Assembly (NCBI GenBank): GCA_044892505.1
Contig: CM097883.1
Location: 444,540,001-444,604,000, forward strand
Direction of reading: 5' to 3'
Length of the DNA: 64,000 nucleotides
Origin: Schmidtea nova
Lineage: Eukaryota
This document shows positions 37,926-50,701 of the stretch, in pieces (position 1 is the stretch's first letter; the number at the start of each line of letters is the position of its first letter). The notes beneath the pieces were generated by a model. The model saw nothing but the letters and a program-made list of their open reading frames with translations, ran no database searches and was not told the origin of the DNA. Position numbers and translations under genes: made by a program.

Positions 37926-38512
37926 ACATTATAAATGTTATATGTTTTTATTTATTTGTGTATTTTCTTTTTATGTAGACACATTTTATGTATTCACATT
38001 TTATTATTTAATAAATCTTTTATTATTGTTATTTTAGTTTTTTCTGTTTCAGTTTTTTTATTTATTTTGTTAATGAGTTATTTATTCGGTTTTTAAATAA
38101 ATTTTTTAAATAATTTTAAAATAATTTTTAATTAGTTTTTTTTTTTGAAATGAAATAGGTTTACTAGTAATTTTTATTAAGTTTTAAATAAGTTTTATTT
38201 AAATGAATTATGTTTAATAGTAATTTTTATAAATAAAGACAATTTCAATAATAAATGCATATGCATCAATTAATTACAACAAAGTCATGTATTATATAAC
38301 CAGTTTCAACAAAATAAACATACATGTATAATTAACACACGACAAAGACATGCAACAAAGACATACCTGCAACAACGACATGCTTGCAACAAAGACATGT
38401 ATGAAGACATGCATAACATGTGCAGTTAGAATGCGTCATTTTGATTGGGCAAAGGTATTACTCATCATTATAAATACAAAGACATTTAGTAGAGATTGTC
38501 ACAATTTCAAAA

Positions 38513-38929
38513 ATGCCAGCACGTAAATCAACTTATGATATCAGTGAAGAAAGAAAAATCAATAATGAAGTGAAACCAGTGCAAATGTATTACGATTACA
38601 AAATTTATTTCTTGGTACAAGAAATACCGTTTCGTTTGTCGTATCCAGTGAAATTAACAAAGTCATTGTATGACAATTTAGCTGCAAATCTATGTAAAGA
38701 AGATGTTGTTGCACTAAATAAAATTTTATTTAAAATCAATAACAATTTAAGTTGCAAGGAAACTATATGGATCAACAACCGAAAAACACGTTTCCATGAT
38801 GCGTTTCAATCTATCGATTACAAGGATCAAGAAAATTGGTTTATTACCATAATGATTCAGGGATATAAAATCGATACAAAAGATGTTATAACTCCGATTT
38901 GGAGAATTGACAGTGCACGATATGCATAA
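38513..38929 (+). CDS. Palindrome ORF-B, right-arm copy (138 aa)
   Basis: Mirror of 27224-27640 with 3 conservative amino-acid differences (V/L, D/E, M/I). Confidence 0.75.
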   Translation: MPARKSTYDISEERKINNEVKPVQMYYDYKIYFLVQEIPFRLSYPVKLTKSLYDNLAANLCKEDVVALNKILFKINNNLSCKETIWINNRKTRFHDAFQSIDYKDQENWFITIMIQGYKIDTKDVITPIWRIDSARYA

Positions 38930-39184
38930 ATGTTATTTTATAAATGTTATATTCAATAAATTTTAGTATTTTCAATTTTAGTTTTTTGATTGTTCTATTT
39001 TTTATANNNNNNNNNNNNNNNNNNNNNNNNNNNNNNNNNNNNNNNNNNNNNNNNNNNNNNNNNNNNNNNNNNNNNNNNNNNNNNNNNNNNNNNNNNNNNN
39101 NNNNNNNNNNNNNNNNNNNNNNNNNNNNNNNNNNNNNNNNNNNNNNNNNNNNNNNNNNNNNNNNNNTTATTATATTTTTTATAA

Positions 39185-39263
<79 letters not shown>

Positions 39264-42184
39264 TTTTTATAAGTTTCTATTNNNNNNNNNNNNNNNNNNN
39301 NNNNNNNNNNNNNNNNNNNNNNNNNNNNNNNNNNNNNNNNNNNNNNNNNNNNNNNNNNNNNNNNNNNNNNNNNNNNNNNNNNNNNNNNNNNNNNNNNNNN
39401 NNNNNNNNNNNNNNNNNNNNNNNNNNNNNNNNNNNNNNNNNNNNNNNNNNNNNNNNNNNNNNNNNNNNNNNNNNNNNGAGAAGAAGAACGCGCGTTCCAC
39501 GCGCGTTCAATGCGTACTGTTATTTGTCTTAAACAACAAGAGGAGAAGAACGCGCGTTCCACGCGCGTTCAATGCGTACTGTGATCCTTATTAAACACTA
39601 AGATACGTGTGCAAAAATTATTATTACAAGTTTTATTAGTCTTTGTTTCGTTGCACATGGATTGCAATGTCTTTGTTGTAATTCAGGTAGGAAATAGAAA
39701 AAAATATAACACACACACACCATAATTACCTTTCGAATGATATGTATATTATAAGGTTTGAATAAGGATTTGTAACACACACTCGTCTGGCAAATTGTAA
39801 CACACACACTCATCTCACAATTACCTTTTGTTTGATATACATATTATATAGTTTTAAAAATTTGAACCTTGGACCCTTTAAGGGTATGACCATTGTGTGC
39901 ACCCTTCAATTACCTTTTGTTTGATACATATATTATATAGTTTTTAAAATTTTGAGTCTTGGACCCTTCAAGGGTCGACCACCCACCTTCGAGGGTTGAC
40001 CATCATACTCAAATCTCAATTACCTTTTGTTTGATATATAACTTGTAATGTTTAAAAATATTTGAAGGATTTTGACCCCTTGAAGGTTGAGCACACACCA
40101 TACACCTTCGAAGGTATGACCATTGTGTGCACATCGGTATTACCTTTCGAATGATGTATTACACACAAGGTTTGAAAAATCTGAAGGTTTTTGACCCTTT
40201 GAAGGTTAAGGACACACCATAGACCATCGAGGGTATGACCATTGTGTGCACCTCTCAAAGACCTTTCGAATGATACCCTTGTTTGAAGGTTTGACCTTAT
40301 TTGACCTTTGGAAATTCAAATTCAAAATTTGAATTTGAAATGAGTCATCGATGACGTCATAAAATTCAAATTTGAAATGAGTCATCGATGACGTCATCGA
40401 GGAGTCATGCCGATGAGTCATGCCGATGACGTCATCTACGAGTCATGCCGATGAGTCATCGCGATGAGTCATCGATGACGTCATCGATGAGTCATAAAAA
40501 ATTTCCTAACCCCCGGGGGGGTGACGTCATTTCCTTTGTTCTGCGATGACTCATGCTCCACATAACTGCCTACTTCTAGAAAACAAAAATAAACGGTAAT
40601 GTTTATTTTTTTAACTTGATCTCTATGACTGTTTATAAACTATGTTGATTTTAATTAAATTATGGCTTTGCAAAATCAATTTGTTGGGGTTAGTATAAAA
40701 ATCACAAAAGTAACAAGAAAGAATAGTAAAAGCAAAGAAATATCAAAATAAATAAAAGTGCAAAAATTGATTAAAATTTATCAAAAAATTATCAAAAAAT
40801 TATCAAAAATTTAAAATTAATATTCATCGGGGGAAATGTGTATGGTTGAATGCCAAATCAAAAGACTAATCCAAAAAATAATAATAGAAATTTAGTAAGG
40901 ATTCTCCAGAGAAAGTTATATAATAAAATCAAACTAATTAAAATTTATTAATAGCTCAATAGGAAGCCCAAGACAATGGGAAACCCGAGCGATGAGGAAA
41001 GGCCGAGCGCAGTAGAGACCCGAGAGATCAAAATCGGGAGATTGCGCAGGGCAATTAAAGAAAAGCCACCCGAGCGCAATCACAATAATTTGTTGGTAAG
41101 TCATTTAAGCCCGGGATTGGGTAACGTTTAGTTATCGATAAAACTTAATTGTCATTTGCGAGAGATATAAAAGACAGCGCAAAGCAGAGGACGAGGCCGA
41201 CGAACTGAGAGTTGAAAACAGAAAGTATTAAAAGTTCCTGAAAAATAACAAATAGAGATCTTGAGGAAATGGAAAGAGACAAAGTGAGGAGAATAATTTA
41301 TAACCGTCATAACTAGAGAAAAAAATCTGAATCTGGAAGAGAGGGCAAATTTGTCAGGCATGTACTTAACAGAAGTTGTAATTTGTGGTAATCGTTAAAT
41401 AAATTGTTCTGTGTTGGGTTCATTGATTTCGATAATTAAAGAACACGAGGAGTCAGGTCAGTAAACCGATCTTAAACAGAATAATAACCCAGCAAATTTA
41501 ATTAAACACAACCATTAAATTGATAGGTTGCTGGTAAAAAAATAATTCTAACTGTTGCTATGGCTCCATTCTTCAGCAACCCTACATATAAACCTTGCAA
41601 AAACACATTGCTATCCATCATGTAGTAATATTTTCAAAAAGTGAGGTTCGAGGGGGTCGAAACTATAATTGACCAAATGTCTCGAATAAGTTCAAGGGCG
41701 ATCGACAGAAGGTATAATGGTAATTTTTGTCCAGCACTTAATCTATCTCCTATAGCAATTTGTTCAAATTCTCTTAAAAATTGAAAATAAATATTTATAA
41801 ATCAATTATAAATAAATAACTAAATAAATAATTGAAGATTGACTCGATACTTGATTTCTAGAGTGGTTCAAATATAATGCACTTAAGTAAAAAAGTATTC
41901 GATTTAATAATTTCGTTTCGATGGTTAAACTCGCGAACTATTGTAGGGATTTATCTTGAATTAAATGTTAATTTAATAAATAAGTAAATAAAATAAGTAA
42001 ATAATTGTATACATTGAATTGAAGCTATATAAACTACACATTCATAACATTATTCATGCAAAAAACAAAGCAAGTTTTTAATTCCATGGACACACGAATA
42101 AATGAAATCAAATATCATAGGGGAAGTCCAATTTTATTTCAGATTTTGTAGACTTTCAGTAAAACTAATTTAATTTTTTGAGGA

Positions 42185-42690
42185 CTATTTTAATTGTCCC
42201 ATGAGCCTTGCTTTTAATCTGCGCCGACGTCGTGCTTGAACCGCTTTGCTTGACTTAAATCTTTTAGGTTTTGCCATGACACCTGTTATTTCGATTCTGC
42301 TCCAAATCCTGCTTGGAGGAAATAATTTCAAGTTATTACTCAACGCAATTGGTAGTAGAGCGGTGTTAAGTCCAAATTTCACTTGACTGAGGGCTATCTA
42401 AGCTTCAATTTATCGAATTACTAGCTCTAACGCATAATTTTCCGTCGCTTCTTTTGCCGCTTGCTTTCGGAGTAGTTGGATCTGATTTTTTTGCAATTGT
42501 CCATCTTATCGGCGCTGAACCATGTCACTTCCACGGTACGGCAGTGTGACTAGAACTTCTCCTGGCGCTCTCCTAGCGACTTATTTTCTGTGCGCAACAA
42601 CTTCTTCTCTTCTACCATATCAACCAATCTGAGATTGATATTTCTCACACTGACTTCGATGTTCCGCATGGATTTGACCAATTGATCCGT
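42185..42690 (-). pseudogene. Degraded coiled-coil/basic coding relic of unknown origin
   Basis: TDQLVKSMRNIEVSVRNINLRLVDMVEEKKLLRTENKSLGERQEKF*, then frameshifted QIQLLRKQAAKEATENYALE... and ORF 42185-42382; GC-richer than flanks. Confidence 0.3.
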
Positions 42691-45193
42691 TTTGGTAGCT
42701 TAAAATCTTAATTATATATCGATGCGTCAGTTATCATTCAACATCATAAATATATACCGGTAGAAACAATTTAATCAGGCAAATCATACCGTCATCAATT
42801 TTCTATATAGAGTTAAATTAAACTATTTTATTCGACCAAACGTACTCATTTATTTATCATTCGTTTATTTCAAACAATATAGTACCACCTCATAACTTGG
42901 TGCGCAAGAAAAACATCAGCTGAATCCTTACAATAATTTGCGTTAATTTCTGAGTTGTATTGTTGAGGTCTAGAAATTCGGGACCTCAACGTGCTCTGGT
43001 TGTTATAGATAAAATGAAATAAGTCAATTGTTTTATGAAAATTTATTAGTAGGAGGATATGAGGTATCTGGATCCGTACCAGTTATCGCACATGCATATT
43101 TCGGCGGGATTTTTGAAATGTGTTTTGTTTTTTTAAATTTATTAATTTAATTAATTTACTAATTAATTTTAATATTATTATTCAATTATTTATATTTGTA
43201 TTTTTAAATATTAAACTAAATATTTTNNNNNNNNNNNNNNNNNNNNNNNNNNNNNNNNNNNNNNNNNNNNNNNNNNNNNNNNNNNNNNNNNNNNNNNNNN
43301 NNNNNNNNNNNNNNNNNNNNNNNNNNNNNNNNNNNNNNNNNNNNNNNNNNNNNNNNNNNNNNNNNNNNNNNNNNNNNNNNNNNNNNNNNNNNNNNNNNNN
43401 NNNNNNNNNNNNNNNNNNNNNNNNNNNNNNNNNNNNNNNNNNNNNNNNNNNNNNNNNNNNNNNNNNNNNNNNNNNNNNNNNNNNNNNNNNNAACAAGAAA
43501 TAAATTTCCTATCGAAGCGGAAATGTTAAAAATTAAATTGTTATAAATGAAATCAAATTCATAACAAAAAATTTTCTTTAACTCCAAATGGGAATTTCAT
43601 TCCCGCTAATAAATCATTTACTGCGATAAAAAAAATTAAAAACAATTTCAATAACAAAAATTAAACAGACTTTACTATTTCATGTCAATTTGATTCATCT
43701 GGTGAAGAATAAATGACTAAATCTTTTCGAATTTATTTTCGGGATTTCTAATATATTTAAAATCAAATTTAAAAATTCTTTATTCTTCTTTAGTTTTGAT
43801 GTTTTTCCAATTTTATTTTTTTTCATTCTTTTTAAACAATAGATAAAAAAAACTTTGGTCTGCTGAAAATTTTCAGCCTTCCTTTTCAAATGAAAGAAAA
43901 CGATAAAAAATTAATTAAAAAATTAATTTTTTAATAAATTATTTTAGTAACATATAGCATCAGATAAATAAAATTCCTGAAGATAAACATAGATTTAAAA
44001 ATTTTTTTTCGCTGATCTCAACCGATCTCTGCATAGCGGATTCAACGTATTATCTACGCATTATGCTCTCAGCTAGGGGTGAGTAATTATTCTTGCCAAA
44101 TGCTCATGAAAATTAAATTTGTTTGCAGGACCTCATGATAATTTTCTGGGAGTTTGGAGAAATTTTAGAAACAAAATTTGTCTTAGATAAAGGTCTCGTT
44201 GGCCGCAAGTGGTCAACCCCTGTTGAAACATATTCTTTGCATTTCAATTGTGAGGATTTGAATTTGCACTAACTAGTGAGTTCAAAATAATTCAGAACCC
44301 AAAAAATAGTAAAGTTTTTTTTATCATAAATTCACACGATCAGTCGATATCAAACCTTTCCGAAATTGAATTTACCAACAGTGAACTACTCAAAGGATAT
44401 TTGAAACTGTTGATGCATTGGAATGAAACAACTATGTCGAAATAGCTACCAAGGAATCACCATTTTATACTTATTTCGACAATAATTTTTCTTGTCTAGG
44501 CTTTACGAACTCCCTACAATTTTTTTCTCTTTTTGTATATGATTTTTCTCTGGTCTGATCTGGTTTTTATACTATTTGATATAGAACCGAATTATTTGCA
44601 AAATCCCAAAAATCAACAGGATTTGCACAAAGATAGATCTAAATTAGATGATCATTCTTCCACAACAATGATTCCCGATCTCTAAAATAAATCTAATTAT
44701 CTACTTTTGAGCCTGAACCTGACAAGCCATCATTGCGTCTGTCACATTAGGTAATTTGTTTTCCTTACAGGATTATCAAAAATTTTCTTTGAGAAATTAA
44801 TTATTTTGGGTTGTTGATGAAGTATAAAATAACCAATTAACTACCTGCCTCCAAGTGTGCTTTATTTGGCCAGCAAAATAACAAATTTTAGTCAATAAAA
44901 ACCTTTATTAATTATCAAAATAGAATAAATAATAATAATAATAAAATGAAATTTTTAAAAATAAAATAGGAATAATTATNNNNNNNNNNNNNNNNNNNNN
45001 NNNNNNNNNNNNNNNNNNNNNNNNNNNNNNNNNNNNNNNNNNNNNNNNNNNNNNNNNNNNNNNNNNNNNNNNNNNNNNNNNNNNNNNNNNNNNNNNNNNN
45101 NNNNNNNNNNNNNNNNNNNNNNNTAAATATCGTCATCGGTTGTTATACAGTGCTTATTACTGTAAATATGAAAAAAGCACTATTTGTATAACA

Positions 45194-45919
45194 CAGTGTT
45201 TCTCAACCTGTGTGTCTCGACACACTAGTGTGTCGCGAGATTTTGCAAACATATTTAAAATTCCTAGTTTTTGAGATCTGAAATTATTTTGAAATTTTAA
45301 AATAAAGTATAGCAGAATGTTTTATATTATAAAATTTATAATATAATAAATTTAGAAATAAATTAATAAATTTATTAAATTAATAAATATAATATTTAAA
45401 TAAATATAAATTTAATATTTAAATTAATATTAATATTTAAATTAATAAATTTATAATAAATTAAGACTGACAAACACTGGCGAGTTTTTGTTTTGATTTA
45501 TCATATAAAATTTATAATATACAAATTCTATCAAACAACGTTCACGAACAGGACTTTGGAAGAATTCTGGCTTGCAGTTATGAAAAATTATCATTTAATC
45601 AGTTTGAAAGCAGTCAAAATTCTGTTGCCATTTTCATCTTCTTGGTTCTGTGAAATTGGCTTTTCTGCATTAACTGAAATCAAGTCCAAGAAGCGAGTGA
45701 GACTCCTCAGAATTGATGATGAGATGTGGGTTTGCTTGTCAACTTTGGAGCCGCGATGGAATATGATCTGTTCCCTTAAGCAGGCACAGCCATCACACTG
45801 AATTAACATGTACAAAATTAAATCATTTAAATAAAATAACTTTAAAATATTGTGGTGTGTCGCGAAAATTCTCGGATATTTTTAGTGTGTCGTAAACCAA
45901 AAAAGGTTGAGAAACACTG
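45194..45919 (+). mobile_element. hAT (Charlie/Buster-like) internal-deletion derivative, 726 bp
   Basis: 15-bp TIRs CAGTGTTTCTCAACC; retains the transposase C-terminus LEEFWLAV...KILLPFSSSWFCEIGFSAL..IKSKKR...KQAQPSH* (hAT dimerisation region); 8-bp TSD not preserved. Confidence 0.9.
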
Positions 45920-46827
45920 AAGTAAATCAATGACTTCATTTAAACTTTATTAATGTAGGTCAGAATTCTTTTAAACTCTAGAATTTTTATAATTATCATA
46001 TTTTTATTATTATTTTTATAATGATTATTATTTTTTATGATTATTATTATTACTTTTAATAATAATTATTATAGAAATCCTTTCAAGATTAGAGATGTCA
46101 AGGTAAATAAGATGTGCTTTAATATTGTCATTTATAAGGAGTGGTAATTAAACGCCTGTGCCTAAAAGACATGCTGGCAAGTTATCGCGTCGACAAAGGT
46201 CGTTGTTGCCACCCGCAAAATTGAGGTCAATAGGACCTGGGCATCAAAAGTTATCTATCTATAGCGATCATGTCTTTTCTAGTCGAAGATAATCAGCTTC
46301 AAAGACATCATCTACGCAGTAGTTTTTCATATACCATGAATTTATTGGTAATTCAGCGTCATAAACGCTATGACCGAAATTAATTAATGTGTTGTAAAAA
46401 ATTAATTTAAAAAAGTAGAGAAAATCATCGAGGAATCCTCAATTAGAATATAAATAGCTGAATTAAACCAAAGAATATTAAAGAAATTTACAAAAAGGTT
46501 TTAAAAGAAAAAAAGAGAATAATCAAAAAGCTTTGACGAAAACATCAAAATAATTTAGAATGAAAATTTTAAATTGAACGATTTAGTAGTCAGTGAAAAT
46601 AAGAGGAGTAATTTTTATTAAAATAAATTTTTAAAATTATTTTTCTTTGTTTTCATTACTTTATTGAATTATATTTATTTTTCCATGTGATTATCAAACT
46701 TAAAATTTGATGAAATGTAGAGGTTTTATTTAAAAACACAATTATTTCTTGATTATTAGATTCCCATATAAAATGCAACTATTATATTAGATGTTTTTTT
46801 GTCTTTTCTTTTCATCCCTTTGGACTA

Positions 46828-46988
46828 CCGTATTTTCCCGCATATATCCCGCGGGTTATACCAGAATTTACAAACCCGCAGGGGGGTGCGGGCTATATCA
46901 AACTTTGTTTACAAGTTTTTATATAGCCCGCACCCCCTACGGGGTTTGTAAATTCTGGTATAACCCGCGGGGTATATGCGGGAAAATA
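46828..46988. mobile_element. Palindromic MITE with a Tc2/pogo-like TA|CCGTATTTTCCC end
   Basis: ~70-bp near-perfect inverted arms, GC-rich; the last bases of the right end are missing. Confidence 0.8.
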
Positions 46989-47349
46989 TTAACATTATTT
47001 GGCAAAATATAATAAATCGAAATAAATGATTAAAAAATGAATTTTTCCATCCGAGTATTAACGAGGCCTTTGCCTGCTTAAGTTTAATAAAAATAAATAT
47101 TCAATACCGTCGCGCCAACAAAGTGAAGAAATAATGAAAAGCCTGTCGAAATGTCATTTACAATTCATACGCAATTAATATTAGCCAGAGGTTAAATATA
47201 AAGGTCACAAATATAGGTAATATAAACACACATAACTAGGTTATGTAAACTCACACAACTATGTCATATAGACACATGCGTGACTTGACCTTAAAATAAA
47301 TTGTCTTTAAATGACCTACATTCTTGATTACCATAGTATCAATATATTT

Positions 47350-47956
47350 GTCATGGTAACCTTTGACCTATTTTAAAAAATTGCTGGGAGATTGATCTAT
47401 ATCGGATAGGCTCATCTATTACTACTCATGTCAGCCGTAAGAAATCTTGGCACAAATCGTGAACACAGTTTCCTAAAGCCAATTTCATTCAACAAGTTCA
47501 GCAAGATATCTTTGCAGATGTTTTGCCATTGTTCCAAGTCTCTTATTACAAATCGAAGGTCTGTCATAATGATTGTCAACAACATTTCTTATTTCTAAAT
47601 TCTACAGATCTGTCAGGGTTTACTAAATCAAAAACACGAGTGCGTGCACTTTTTGAATCACGAATTCAATCGTATATAATTGCTTTACAAGTGCACTCAC
47701 TCATATAAACATCCTGCAGTTGCATAATAATTTCTTGGCTTCTAGTTTTCAAAAGCAGAAATTTTATAACGCTTCTAAATTCAACATTATCTAACATTTT
47801 CTGACACAATAATCAAATAGCGCAATTTGTTTTCCAAACAAGAATAGCTTAGAAAAACAAAAACACTATACATATATGTGTAAAATCGCCTGAAATATAT
47901 TCTTATAAAGTAATTATTTCTTGTCGAGTCTAAGTACTTATTGGACGCATCATGCG
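47350..47956 (-). mobile_element. Mariner relic (5' TIR plus transposase N-terminal half), related to 2379-3667
   Basis: TA|CGCATGATGCGTCCAATAAGTACTTAGACT resembles the TIR at 2379; MLDNVEFRSVIKFLLLK... from 47797; RKLCSRFVPRFLT; stops and frameshifts. Confidence 0.85.
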
Positions 47957-48069
47957 TATTTAGACGCTTTGAAACCTGAAGATGTTAGTTTTCTGTTTAA
48001 ATATAATATAGAGAAATATTTATAATTGTCGTTCTTATTTGATTTTATTATTATTATTATTATTATATT

Positions 48070-49015
48070 ATTATTATTATTTAATACATAACTCAACACA
48101 CATGGCACTAAAATAATTAAAAACAAACGCCAATCCAAATATATATTTTGCACAATATATTTCGAGAACTTAATTCTCTTCATCAGGTGCTACCCAATCT
48201 TACATTAAACTATGAATCAAATAAATCGATTTTTTCAAACAAAATTATATTAATTTTTAAAATAAAATGTATATTATAAATTTTATATATCAGTCAAAAA
48301 ATTTTAAAACGATTAAAAATATTTTTAATTTAAATAAATTTATCTTAAAATATAATATTCTTTTAATTACAAAAAAATATTTTTTTTATAAGAATATATT
48401 ATATATATTTCATATTTATAAACAACAGAATGACTGAAAACAAAATCCATAATCCTCAATTGAAAATCCTCTAATACTCGAGTACAGAGTATGTGGCATT
48501 TCACCCATGACGTTTGAAAAATTAAACGAGTATAGAACACAAATCAAAAGAAGAAAATAAACATCATCAACAATCACATCAGTTAATTTACTTAAACCGC
48601 AAAAAATGAGGCCAACAAATTCACCCAAAACTCTCACACTCACATATTTACAAACATCGACATGACTGAAAACAACGCTAAATCCCATTAATTGACTCCG
48701 CTCTGAAACTCGAATACAGAGAAGACGGGCAGTCTTTTCCAATGTATGTGGCATTGCACCCATGACGTTTGAAAATATAAACGAGAACAGAGCAAAGAAC
48801 AATCCAGAAAACTCAGAATCACCAACAATCACATCAATTAATTCATAAATAATAGAATAAGAGAAGAAATATATTTCATTTTAAAAATTAATATAATTTT
48901 GTTTGAAAAAATCGATTTATTTGATTCATAGTTGAATGTAAGATTGGGTAGCACCTGATGAAGAGAATTAAGTTCTCGAAATATATTGTGCAAAATATAT
49001 ATTTGGATTGGCGTT
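48070..49015. mobile_element. Non-autonomous element with ~140-bp TIRs; second, inverted copy at ~61350-62155
   Basis: ~48122-48270 is inverted at ~48878-49015; the interior matches 61.4-62.1 kb on the opposite strand (the overlapping ORFs 48416-48832 and 61243-61629 share sequence). Confidence 0.75.
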
Positions 49016-49073
49016 TATTATTATTATTATTATTATCATAATTATCTTTTTTCACCTTTGATCTTTTTTTATT

Positions 49074-49191
49074 ATTATTATCAATAATTCTCATAATGAC
49101 TATAGATCAAAATTTTTTTTTATAAACAATAACAATTGTTTATAAAAAAAAATTTTGATCTATAGTCATTATGAGAATTATTGATAATAAT
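49074..49191. mobile_element. Hairpin MITE (118 bp), same family as 24770-24950 and 10502-10557
   Basis: Near-perfect palindrome TATCAATAATTCTCATAATGACTATAGATCAAAATTTTTTTTTATAAACAAT. Confidence 0.85.
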
Positions 49192-50504
49192 TATTATTAT
49201 TATAATTATTATTATAAAAATGGATATTCTTAAGTTTAAGTAATATTTCGAGACAGAAGTCAGTAGCAGATAATTTTTTCATTTACTGTTTCCCGTATTT
49301 CTTTTATGTTAATATTAAAACACTGCCACTTCCGAAATAAATTTCATTCAGTAAATAAATGAAAATTTCGCTTAGCGCGCGCTATTTGAATAAATCCAGC
49401 TATGGAAAATCAGCTTGATTGAGACATTTCATACTTGAATTTATTAAATTTATCATTTAAAATTTTAATTTATTTTTTTGTTTGCATAATTGATTTTTGT
49501 TTTACTAATATTATCAAATAAATAACAACCGAAATACAGATTCGTTTAAGTTTATTAATTATTAATCAAAAGGTTAAAATATAATGCTGATCACTTGTAT
49601 TTAAAAGAATTTTTTTGAAAAAGTTTTTTAAAGTCAAACATAAAATAATTCTAAAAAATTGGGAAAATTTTTCAGAAATTCCTGGATAAAAAATGAAATT
49701 TAATTAAGTTTCCAATGAAACTTAGTCACTCGTCAGATAATCATACGACTCTTAATCACAATTCAATATTAAAATGAATTCTAAATAAAGCGAACAGAAA
49801 ATTAACTGTCGGTCGACCATCAATAATTAATATAGAAAATAAAAACAAACATTATTATACTCATACCTAGTTATACGGCCATCATAATCTTGATAAAACC
49901 CAAAACAAATAATTCGTAACAAAACGAGAACCGCTGAGATAATATTTGGATTGCATCGCTATGCCGCATTCTGTATGACGCCCAATTTCTTAGAAACGCA
50001 TCTGGGCCAGTAAGACGAGGCATTGATGTACTGCTAATAAACCCTTTGCCAATCTACCGGGCCAACGAAAGAATACTAATTAAAAACATTGTGCAATTTA
50101 TAATTGGCAGGAGAAAATTTTATCTCTCTTTCACATCGGAAATTAGACATGAAATTTGGGCATATTTATATTTGAAATTGCACGTCTTGTCCAATAATAA
50201 CCCAAAGATATTGTTGATTATTTCGACTTCCTTCTGTCTCTTATTTATTGTCAATTCTTTGTTTTCCCATGCTTTATAGACAGTTGTTATAAATTGCTGA
50301 CGCCTCCCAGTTTCCCACTGACGTAAATTAGATTATGAAATAGTGAAATATAGTAATGTATAGGAAAGTGTATGCTATTTTTTGTAGCAAAACAAATTGA
50401 AATGTGTTAATAAGAATCAAATTTAGACCGCTAGTTGCTCCGGGAAACATCGCCCAAAAACGTATTAGACTTCCTATTCTATTTTTATATTTTAATTTTA
50501 AATG

Positions 50505-50701
50505 AACACAGTAGACCATATCCTTTAACGACTCTCATTTTTTTTTCACAACAAACAAATAAAACAACACCACACATAAAGACAAATGGCATCGTACCAA
50601 CAAAATCTAACAAACAATTCCCAAACACACAACAACAAAACCACACCCAATCAACAAGAGAACACCAACTATTATTACACCCCTGAAAACCATCACACCA
50701 T
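50505..50701 (+). repeat. Duplicate of the Gypsy 5'UTR and gag start (copy of ~51778-51975)
   Basis: High identity by eye, including the ATGGCATCGTA start; stops exactly at the foldback left end. Confidence 0.9.

Larger units (their letters stand above)
25102..40574. mobile_element. Giant palindromic Polinton/Maverick-like element, apparently non-autonomous (~15.5 kb)
   Basis: Left arm 25102-32692 is the reverse complement of right arm 33496-40574; termini 5'-AGTAGGCAG...CTGCCTACT-3'; TCTAGA at 25096-25101 and 40575-40580 with unrelated DNA beyond; mirrored ORF pairs. The palindrome is seen directly; the Polinton assignment is inferred from the termini. Confidence 0.8.

Noticed and set aside
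25102-40574. Palindrome as a pure assembly or amplification artefact
   Set aside because: The arms differ by SNPs and repeat copy numbers, the spacer is unique and gene-bearing, and both ends stop at the same base with a 6-bp flank; long-read confirmation is still needed
44030-44500. GTGAG...TTTGCAG intron-like segment with short flanking frames
   Set aside because: No extended frame or identifiable product could be built
48416-48832. Hydrophobic ORFs 48416-48832 and 61243-61768 as membrane proteins
   Set aside because: They lie in a dispersed non-autonomous repeat, and the frames differ between the two copies
49780-50060. Faint Tc1-like words (GRPSI, GLHRYA)
   Set aside because: Too degraded; no TIR or DDE motif supported
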